This document shows positions 57,840 through 64,000 of a stretch of DNA of 64,000 nucleotides, piece by piece. The stretch's first letter is position 1. Each line of letters opens with the position of its first letter. The position numbers were made by a program, and so were the translations under genes. The DNA comes from an uncultured Ignavibacteriales bacterium. GTDB lineage: Bacteria > Zixibacteria > MSB-5A5 > GN15 > FEB-12. The notes below the pieces were generated by a model. The model was not told the DNA's origin and did not search any database. It saw only the letters and a list, made by a program, of their open reading frames with translations. The DNA lies in NCBI GenBank assembly GCA_964544635.1, contig CAZJCK010000001.1, positions 31,384 to 95,383 on the forward strand. The letters are read 5' to 3'.

Positions 57840-59543
57840 TTAGCCGCCGCCGCCCGAAGTCACCGCATATACCTCGTCGATCGACACCATCCCCTGCTTC
57901 ATCTTGTCCACCGCGCACATCCGCAGGCTGAACATCCCCTCCTCCAACGCTGTCTTGCGGATCTCGCTGTCGGAGGACTGGGCCAGGATATGGTTCTCGA
58001 TCGCCGTGGTTATCGGCATGACCTCGTAAATACCGGTTCGCCCCGCCAGGCCGGTATTGTTACAGTCGTTGCAGCCGCGCCCGCGAAAAGCACGGATATT
58101 CCGCAGGATGTCCTGCGGCACATTCAGGCCGTCGACCTGCTCCGGAGAAAGATTAATCTCTTCCTTACAGCTCTGGCAGATCTTGCGCATCATACGCTGC
58201 GCCATGATCAGCTTGGTCGCCGAAGCCACCAGGTAGAACGGCACGCCCATGTCGATCAGACGGTTGATCGACGACGGGGCGTCGTTGGTATGCAGGGTGC
58301 TGAATACCAGATGACCGGTCAGGGCGGCACGAATCGCGATCTCCGCCGTATCACCGTCACGAATCTCACCGACCATGACGATGTCCGGATCCTGACGCAG
58401 GAACGAGCGCAGCGCCGCCGAAAAGGTGAGGCCGATGTCCGAACGAACCGCCACCTGGTTGATGCCGTCAAAGTTGAACTCGACCGGGTCCTCGGCAGTC
58501 ATGATGTTCACGTCCACCGTATTGATCTGCTTCAGCGCCGAATACAGCGTCGTCGTCTTACCCGAACCGGTCGGCCCGGTCACGAGGATGATGCCGTACG
58601 GCAAGTGAATATGCTTGGTGAACTTGTTGAGGTCCTCCTGGCGGAAGCCCAGCTTGGTCATGTCGACCATCAGGGCCATCGGATCGAGAATTCGCATCAC
58701 GACCTTTTCGCCGAAAATGGTCGGCAGTACCGACACACGGAGGTCGACGGTACGCCCCGAGATCTTGATCTTGATACGACCGTCCTGCGGCAAACGCCGC
58801 TCGGAGATGTCGAGGTCGGCCATGATCTTCACGCGCGACACGATCGCCGCCCGGTACTTGAAAGGCAGCGGCGCCATCTCGCGGAGGTCGCCGTCGACAC
58901 GGTAGCGCACGCGTATGCGCTTTTCGTACTGCTCGAGGTGAATATCGGAGGCGCCGATGCGGATGGCGTCGGCGATAATCGAGTCGACCAGCTTGACCAG
59001 CGGCTTGTCCTGGATGGCCGACAGCAGATCCGACTCGGTCGGACCCTCCTCCTGCGATACCACTTCGAGATCACCGTCGGCCTCCAGCCCCTTCACGATT
59101 TCCGAGAGCGCACCGGAATCCTGGTAGTAGGCCTCGATCGCCTTTTCAATCGCCTTCTCCGGCGAAATGACCGGCTGCACCGTACAACCGGTAATGAACT
59201 TGATGGCGTCGAGCACATAGATGTTGTTGGGGTCGCTGATGGCAACCAGCAGGTTCTTGTTGAGACGCGAGATCGCGATGACCTTGAACTTCCGCGCGAT
59301 GTCGAGCGGGATCAGTTTGACCACCTCGGGATTCAACTCGATATCACCGAGGCGCAGGGCGCCGATCTTCAGGTGCTTGCCGATGAATTGCGCCAGCTCG
59401 TCGTCGCTCTCCACCGCACCGATCTTGATCAGCGCCGATTCAAACTTTTCTTTATGTTCCTTGGCGAACGCCTGGGCTTGCTGAGCCTGCTCCTCAGTGA
59501 TCTTCCCCGCTTTTACCAGTATGGAACTCAGTTCTGTGGACAT
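57840..59543 (-). CDS. pilB: Type IV pilus assembly (extension) ATPase PilB (GspE family)
   Basis: N-terminal T2SSE_N domain (LVKAGKITEEQAQQAQAF), Walker A GPTGSGKTT, Walker B IVMVGEIRD, GHLVFSTLHTND, and tetracysteine CQSC...CNDC. Confidence 0.9.
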   Translation of the reverse strand: MSTELSSILVKAGKITEEQAQQAQAFAKEHKEKFESALIKIGAVESDDELAQFIGKHLKIGALRLGDIELNPEVVKLIPLDIARKFKVIAISRLNKNLLVAISDPNNIYVLDAIKFITGCTVQPVISPEKAIEKAIEAYYQDSGALSEIVKGLEADGDLEVVSQEEGPTESDLLSAIQDKPLVKLVDSIIADAIRIGASDIHLEQYEKRIRVRYRVDGDLREMAPLPFKYRAAIVSRVKIMADLDISERRLPQDGRIKIKISGRTVDLRVSVLPTIFGEKVVMRILDPMALMVDMTKLGFRQEDLNKFTKHIHLPYGIILVTGPTGSGKTTTLYSALKQINTVDVNIMTAEDPVEFNFDGINQVAVRSDIGLTFSAALRSFLRQDPDIVMVGEIRDGDTAEIAIRAALTGHLVFSTLHTNDAPSSINRLIDMGVPFYLVASATKLIMAQRMMRKICQSCKEEINLSPEQVDGLNVPQDILRNIRAFRGRGCNDCNNTGLAGRTGIYEVMPITTAIENHILAQSSDSEIRKTALEEGMFSLRMCAVDKMKQGMVSIDEVYAVTSGGGG

Positions 59544-59611
59544 GGTCTCTCGCGTTGCTTACTTTTTATTCGGGAGGTCGCGACGCTGCCCGCGCGCCGC
59601 AACCGCCAGAC

Positions 59612-60115
59612 TCAGTCCTGGAAGATATCGTCGAGCGCATCCGACGCGCCGCTGGCGAATTCTTCACTTACCTTGCTCTTCGATTCCTCGCGATCGGCTG
59701 TCTTGATATTCTCGAATATCTTGCCCAGCTCATCGGCCGTTTCCTTGGCGTACAGCCGCACCATACCGATGGTGGTCCGGTCGTCGAAGATGACAACCAG
59801 GATCGACCGCTCGCCGACCAGCGACATGTGAATGTGATCCTTCTTGCCCTGGTGGAACAACACCGAGAATTCCGGTTCGCCGACCAGTCGGGCGATTTCC
59901 TTGGTCGAGGCAAAGGACCCCGCCAGCAAGGCCGCCAGCGCGGTGGTATCGAGTGAAGCGGTGAATCCCTGACGGGTAATCAGGTGACCGTCCTTATCGA
60001 CCAACAACGCGCACTTGGCTTCTGCTCCCTTGAGCATCTTGGAGATAAGGGCCTCGATCTGGCCGATCTCCTCCTCGTAAATAATCAGATTGTCGTCTGC
60101 CATGTATGCCTCCAA
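59612..60115 (-). CDS. mglB: MglB (Roadblock/LC7 GTPase-activating partner of MglA)
   Basis: Colinear by eye with M. xanthus MglB: LIIYEEEIGQIEALISKM...AKCALLVDKDGHLITRQG...DTTALAALLAG...FHQGKKDHIHMSLVGERSILVVIFDDRTTIGMVRLYAKETADELGKIF...DALDDIFQD. Confidence 0.85.
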   Translation of the reverse strand: MEAYMADDNLIIYEEEIGQIEALISKMLKGAEAKCALLVDKDGHLITRQGFTASLDTTALAALLAGSFASTKEIARLVGEPEFSVLFHQGKKDHIHMSLVGERSILVVIFDDRTTIGMVRLYAKETADELGKIFENIKTADREESKSKVSEEFASGASDALDDIFQD

Positions 60116-60120
60116 GATCG

Positions 60121-61218
60121 CTACTTAATTCCAAACAACCGTTTAAAGAATCCCCGCTTCTTACCGGCGTTGCGCTTGCGCAAGGACGGCGCCATGCTGG
60201 GGCCTGACTGCGGCGCCGATCCGACCGAATCGCCGGTATCGTCCACCATCTTCTTCTCTATCGCACTATCGTCATCCGCCTGCGCCTCCGGGGCAAAGCT
60301 GGTCGACGACAATTTCTTCTGCTGCGGGAGGCCGCCGGTGCCGCTGCTGCCGGGATACGGCCGGTAGCCGATATCGGGCTGCTCCTCGGCCGCCTCCTGG
60401 GACTCCGGCTCCGGCTCATTCGACGGCGCCGGTTGCGGCGTCGCCTCGGTCGCCGGCGGCGACATCGTCGCGGTCGTCGCCACTTCGCCCGACGCTGATG
60501 CCGCTGCTCCCGGCGATGACTGCGGCAGCGGCTGCGACTGGTTCTGGTTCGGCACCACGACCCGGCCGGAACCGCCGACCAGGGTTTCGCCGGTCGACGA
60601 TGCCGTGGCTGTGGCCGTCGCCTTCCGCGTTTCACCGGTCGACTTGGCCTTCTCCAGCACCAGCTTGATGATCATCTTCAACGTATCAAACACTCCCTGG
60701 CCCTGCGGCGCCACCGCCGTAAAGTACGGCCGACCGGTCGGATTGAGCGCCTGCTGCAACTCCTCGATCGACAGGATGTTGGGCAGGTCAACCTTGTTGT
60801 ACTGGATTACCAGCGGAATGTCGTCAATGTCGTAGCCATACTCGCGAAGGTTCTCTTCGAGGTTGGACAACGATTCGATATTTTCGTCGAGCTTGTCGGC
60901 CTGTGAATCAGCAACAAACACCAGGCCGTCGACGCCACGCAACACCAGCTTGCGCGTGGCGTTGTAATAGACCTGCCCGGGCACCGTGTACAGCTGGAAC
61001 TTCGCCTGGAAGCCGTTGATGGTGCCGATGTTGATCGGCAGGAAGTCGAAGTACAGCGTGCGGTCCGCTTCAGTCGCAAGCGAAATCAAATCACCCCGCG
61101 TGCTCCCCGGTACCTTGGCGTGCACATACTGCAGGTTTGTCGTCTTCCCCGACAAGCCGGGACCGTAGTAGACGATCTTGCAGCTCACTTCCCGTGATGA
61201 ATAGTTAATTGATACCAT
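60121..61218 (-). CDS. mglA: MglA-type Ras-like GTPase with ~170-aa low-complexity C-terminal extension and MinD-like terminal amphipathic motif
   Basis: KIVYYGPGLSGKTTNLQY (P-loop), DRTLYFDFLP (switch I), LYTVPGQVYYNATRK (switch II), VIQYNKVDLP. After ~195 aa there is S/T/P/A/Q/E-rich sequence ending RKRNAGKKRGFFKRLFGIK*. Confidence 0.85.
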   Translation of the reverse strand: MVSINYSSREVSCKIVYYGPGLSGKTTNLQYVHAKVPGSTRGDLISLATEADRTLYFDFLPINIGTINGFQAKFQLYTVPGQVYYNATRKLVLRGVDGLVFVADSQADKLDENIESLSNLEENLREYGYDIDDIPLVIQYNKVDLPNILSIEELQQALNPTGRPYFTAVAPQGQGVFDTLKMIIKLVLEKAKSTGETRKATATATASSTGETLVGGSGRVVVPNQNQSQPLPQSSPGAAASASGEVATTATMSPPATEATPQPAPSNEPEPESQEAAEEQPDIGYRPYPGSSGTGGLPQQKKLSSTSFAPEAQADDDSAIEKKMVDDTGDSVGSAPQSGPSMAPSLRKRNAGKKRGFFKRLFGIK

Positions 61219-61246
61219 ATTAGCCGTCCTGACGTTGCACGTTCAC

Positions 61247-61588
61247 TTAGCTGCCAGTGCGTATCCGGGTACACGCGTTCTTCATTTCCAGTCGGATCAA
61301 CCCGATGTTGACATCCTTCTCGGTCGCCACCACCAGCAGGCCGAGACCGGCATCGGCGAAAAACAGCTTCGCATCATCAGCCTCGATCGTCACCTGCTTC
61401 AGGGGACTGGTCTCCAGACGGTCCAGCGACTTCTGGATATTGGCGCTGATCGAAGCCGCCAGGGCGCCGACGGTTTCACTCTCAAACGCTTCCTTCATAT
61501 CTGCGGCGATCACGATACCGTCGTTGCCGACGACCATCGACCCGGAGATACCGGATGTCTTGTTCAGTTCACTCAGCACTTCATACAT
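61247..61588 (-). CDS. Stand-alone Roadblock/LC7 domain protein
   Basis: 113 aa. LNKTSGISGSMVVGNDGIVIAAD...ETVGALAASISANIQ...LKQVTIEADDAKLFFADAGLGLLVVATEKDVNIGLIRLEM. Confidence 0.75.
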   Translation of the reverse strand: MYEVLSELNKTSGISGSMVVGNDGIVIAADMKEAFESETVGALAASISANIQKSLDRLETSPLKQVTIEADDAKLFFADAGLGLLVVATEKDVNIGLIRLEMKNACTRIRTGS

Positions 61589-62618
61589 ATTTCGTCTCCG
61601 CGTTCACGGTGGTCAAATGACCATACCGTTCTGCCATATATTTCCTGATCATATCATTCGCCTGGTTGATACGAATATTGAGTACGTCGCCCTGGTGGCG
61701 CTCGGCGAAAATGACCAGCACCAGGTGCTCGTCACCGACCACGCTCACGCGAGCGTCAGCGAAATGCAGATCGAGCCGCTCGGGCGCGCCCCACTCGGCC
61801 CGTTCCCCCAGTGTCCGGTGCATGTCCAGCATCGACAGCGCATACGGCGCCCAGTCTTCCGGCACCCAGTTGCGCCTGGCAAACTGACCGAGGATCAAAC
61901 CTTCGTGATCGATCACGGCGGCAAAGTGCACCGAACCATCTTCCCCGACATACCGTGCCGCCCGGTCGAAACCGTTGGCCTCGCCGCCGGCGGCGTGCTG
62001 CTCACGCTGCGGCTCGCGACCCGGCTTGGATACATTCTGCCAGACCGGCTGGCGTTCCTCCGGCGCCGGCGACAGTTCGCGCCGGGCTTCCGCACGACGC
62101 ACCGGCGCCGACGGCTGCTCGGAGTACTCCTGCGCGACAATAGTCTCACGCTTCACGGTTGCACGCTCCTGCTGATTGTCGACATTCGACGCTTCGGCTT
62201 CAGGCTCAGGCTGCAGTCGTTTCATTGATCGCTCCACCCGACCGAGAATCGTGTTCAACGCAAAGGGCGCCAGACCGGCCTGGATCATCAGACCCGGCAG
62301 GTAGGCGAACAGCCCGAGGTCGAGTGAGATCTGCAGGTTCATGCCGTACATGAGTGACACCGTCAGCCCGAACAACGCGCCCAGCGCCAGCCGAAAGACC
62401 AGGCAGACCGCCGCCCATTGCACCAGCTGCATCAGCGACGCCCGCCGGTTGAACAGGTAAATGACGAAGCCGAACCAGGCCAGCTGCAGGGCAATGCCCA
62501 CCCACGTAGCACGGGCCAGCTCCAGCCCCCACATGGCAGGGAACACGATCAGCGGGACTACAAGTGCCGCTGCCGATATCCCCGCAAACATCATTGTTGT
62601 GCGCCGGGTAAATTCCAT
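61581..62618 (-). CDS. Membrane-anchored protein with C-terminal Roadblock/LC7-like domain
   Basis: About 4-5 N-terminal TM helices (FAGISAAALVVPLIVFPAMW, VGIALQLAWFGFVIYLF, ...), a charged linker, then VHFAAVIDHEGLILGQFA...APYALSMLDM...LDLHFADARVSVVGDEHLVLVIFAERHQGDVLNIRINQ. 8-nt overlap with the next gene. Confidence 0.6.
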   Translation of the reverse strand: MEFTRRTTMMFAGISAAALVVPLIVFPAMWGLELARATWVGIALQLAWFGFVIYLFNRRASLMQLVQWAAVCLVFRLALGALFGLTVSLMYGMNLQISLDLGLFAYLPGLMIQAGLAPFALNTILGRVERSMKRLQPEPEAEASNVDNQQERATVKRETIVAQEYSEQPSAPVRRAEARRELSPAPEERQPVWQNVSKPGREPQREQHAAGGEANGFDRAARYVGEDGSVHFAAVIDHEGLILGQFARRNWVPEDWAPYALSMLDMHRTLGERAEWGAPERLDLHFADARVSVVGDEHLVLVIFAERHQGDVLNIRINQANDMIRKYMAERYGHLTTVNAETKYV

Positions 62619-62628
62619 GTATGCACTC

Positions 62629-63534
62629 TCAATCTTCCGGCCGGTACTTGTCCAGCAGGTTGTCGATTTTCATCCTCAGTCCGCCGAGATTCACTCCCGG
62701 TTCACAGACAAACACAAACGCACCGTCATCGACGCGCACCAGGTAAAAGGTCGGTTCGTCGGTCTCGATCAAAATCGAGCCGATATGCCCGAACGATGCT
62801 TCGACCATATCACGGTTGAGTTCGCTGCCGATCTCACCTATGGTGGCACCGCAGGCCATCGGATCCATCCGCAAAGTCCATTCCTTGTCGACGACCAGGC
62901 CCTCATTGTTAATGAACAGTGCGCCGCCAATGCCCGGATAGGCGATACTGCGCTTCAGGATCTCCGATCCGGTCATGGTCGTCGCCGCTTTCGGTCTTTC
63001 GACGACGGTTTCGCTGCCGGTCAATACCCGGTGGACCACACTCGGTTTACCGCCCGATACCGGACTGTACTGGGGCACAGCCGCGACCGTTTCGCCCATC
63101 TCGCGCGCCTGCTCTTCCGGTATCTTCTGGGCGATGTCCAGCAAACGCGAAATCTGTTCGTCGTTCGGGTCGTTCCGGTGCAGTCGCTTCAACAGCTTGA
63201 CGGCCCGTTCAAAATCTCCCCGAAAGATGAATATTTCAGCCAGCAGCAGGTCGGTAGCCCGCGACGGACCATCCAGATCCTGTGCCTTCTTAACTTCTAT
63301 CTCAGCCCAGTCGTACAGCCCGCGATCCAGGTTGATTTTCGACATCACCAGGTGAGCCGAACCGTAACTCGGATGAATCCGCAAACCGTTCTGGCAGACC
63401 TGAAACGCCTTGTCCAGGTCCCCCCGTTTACGATAGGCCTCAGCCAACGCCGCAAAGATCTGCGAGTTGGGATCAACCTCGAGGATCTTCTGACACTTGG
63501 CTATACGATCGTCTATTTGGGCAGTATCGATCAT
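62629..63534 (-). CDS. TPR-repeat protein with C-terminal Roadblock/LC7-like domain
   Basis: TPR-like FAALAEAYRKRGDLDKAFQVCQNGLRIHP, LLLAEIFIFRGDFERAVKLLKRLHRNDP. The C-terminus IGGALFINNEGLVVDKEW...ACGATIGEIGSEL...ILIETDEPTFYLVRVDDGAFVFVCEPGVNLGGLRMKI is Roadblock-like. Confidence 0.65.
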   Translation of the reverse strand: MIDTAQIDDRIAKCQKILEVDPNSQIFAALAEAYRKRGDLDKAFQVCQNGLRIHPSYGSAHLVMSKINLDRGLYDWAEIEVKKAQDLDGPSRATDLLLAEIFIFRGDFERAVKLLKRLHRNDPNDEQISRLLDIAQKIPEEQAREMGETVAAVPQYSPVSGGKPSVVHRVLTGSETVVERPKAATTMTGSEILKRSIAYPGIGGALFINNEGLVVDKEWTLRMDPMACGATIGEIGSELNRDMVEASFGHIGSILIETDEPTFYLVRVDDGAFVFVCEPGVNLGGLRMKIDNLLDKYRPED

Positions 63535-63598
63535 TGAGTGCTCGTAACCTGCTTATGCATAATCGGTTAACCGGCTCAGCAACTTGCAACAGCGCGTA

Positions 63599-63627
63599 AA
63601 TATAAATAAGCTAAGCAGTTATGTCAA
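63599..63627 (-). promoter_or_regulatory. Strong sigma70-type promoter candidate for the Roadblock/mglAB operon
   Basis: Minus strand TTGACA - 17 nt - TATATT. Lies 12 nt after the upstream gene stop and about 65 nt before the ATG at 63534. Confidence 0.5.
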
Positions 63628-63639
63628 TGTAATTGCGCC

Positions 63640-63999
63640 TCAGCCGAGGACTCGCTTGGTTTCAAATATACCGTACACAAATAGTCCCACGCTGACAACT
63701 AATAATGCCGGCACCGCAAACGTTGGCAACGAAAACAATTCGACCTGGTGGCCCAGCTGAGCCATCTGCGTGATGATCAATACACCCAGCGCCAGGACAA
63801 ATACCTGCCAGGTACGGGCCAGGGTGCCACCCTTCACCAGCGACAGGACCCGCACGCCACCAACCACGCCGACCACCGCCGCGATCAGCACGGCCAGGTT
63901 TAGAAGGTTCGGCGCACTGGTAATGACTGCGAAATTGGCGGCGTGGGCCGACTGGGTAAGTACCGCCGAGGCGGCACCGGCTGCAATGAGTTTCTTCAA
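63640..63999 (-). CDS. Small membrane protein (signal peptide + ~3 TM); start at TTG one base from the window edge, may extend further
   Basis: (M)KKLIAAGAASAVLTQSAHAANF..., hydrophobic helices LLNLAVLIAAVVGVVGGV, WQVFVLALGVLIITQMA, FAVPALLVVSVGLFVYGIF. Confidence 0.4.
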   Translation of the reverse strand: MKKLIAAGAASAVLTQSAHAANFAVITSAPNLLNLAVLIAAVVGVVGGVRVLSLVKGGTLARTWQVFVLALGVLIITQMAQLGHQVELFSLPTFAVPALLVVSVGLFVYGIFETKRVLG

Positions 64000-64000
64000 C

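Noticed and set aside
57837-59831. 664-aa plus-strand ORF, with similar long plus-strand ORFs at 19022..20323, 26903..28363, 7445..8734, 54300..55268 and 37399..38721
   Set aside because: All lie antisense to strongly supported minus-strand genes (pilB, protease, PorU-like, Bat genes, kinase, sucCD). They are Arg/His/Leu/Gln-rich with no recognisable motifs. These are typical shadow ORFs of GC-rich DNA.
60258-60635. Alternative 125-aa Arg/Pro-rich frame inside the mglA tail, raising the possibility that the tail is a frame artefact
   Set aside because: The annotated frame is continuous with the GTPase domain, has no internal stops, and ends in a recognisable amphipathic KKRGFFKRLFG motif. 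The alternative frame is generic GC-rich off-frame sequence. A frameshift still needs exclusion by reads, as noted in the finding.

Overview
GC-rich bacterial chromosomal segment, transcribed almost entirely from the minus strand. Only sdhCAB, one T9SS-cargo gene and a small hemerythrin-like ORF are on the plus strand. I found no rRNA, tRNA, CRISPR array, transposase or integrase. From high to low coordinate: (1) an MglA/MglB polarity-GTPase module with three extra Roadblock/LC7 proteins (one TPR-fused, one membrane-anchored), directly upstream of pilB-pilT-pilC and a PilS-like histidine kinase. (2) Housekeeping genes: double-parvulin PPIase lipoprotein, polyprenol-kinase-like protein, cold-shock protein, threonine aldolase, MBL hydrolase, MltF, sdhCAB, sucCD, def, PNPOx-like protein. 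(3) An asparaginase-II plus tryptophanase/tyrosine-phenol-lyase operon set among lipoprotein genes. (4) An ~18 kb tightly packed envelope operon: PorU-like C25 peptidase, an unusually long PorV-like barrel, an M6-type metalloprotease with a T9SS C-terminal sorting domain, two paralogous proteins, an NHL lipoprotein, a 1079-aa predicted beta-barrel, Omp85 and a UbiA prenyltransferase. (5) An 11-gene MoxR-DUF58-BatABCDE aerotolerance-type operon with two extra BatD-like genes and a chaperone-like lipoprotein. The PorU/PorV, T9SS-type CTD and Bat content suggests an FCB-superphylum-like organism; this is inference only. Most notable observations: the MglA homologue carries a ~170-aa disordered tail ending in a MinD-like amphipathic membrane-targeting motif. 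The GTPase sits in a five-protein Roadblock/GTPase operon coupled to type IV pilus motor genes. The PorV-like barrel is split by a ~570-aa insertion. A T9SS sorting domain is interrupted by an in-frame TAG. A Trp-containing, Pro-terminated mini-ORF lies in front of the tryptophanase-family gene. All family calls come from reading motifs in the translations; no database search was run.
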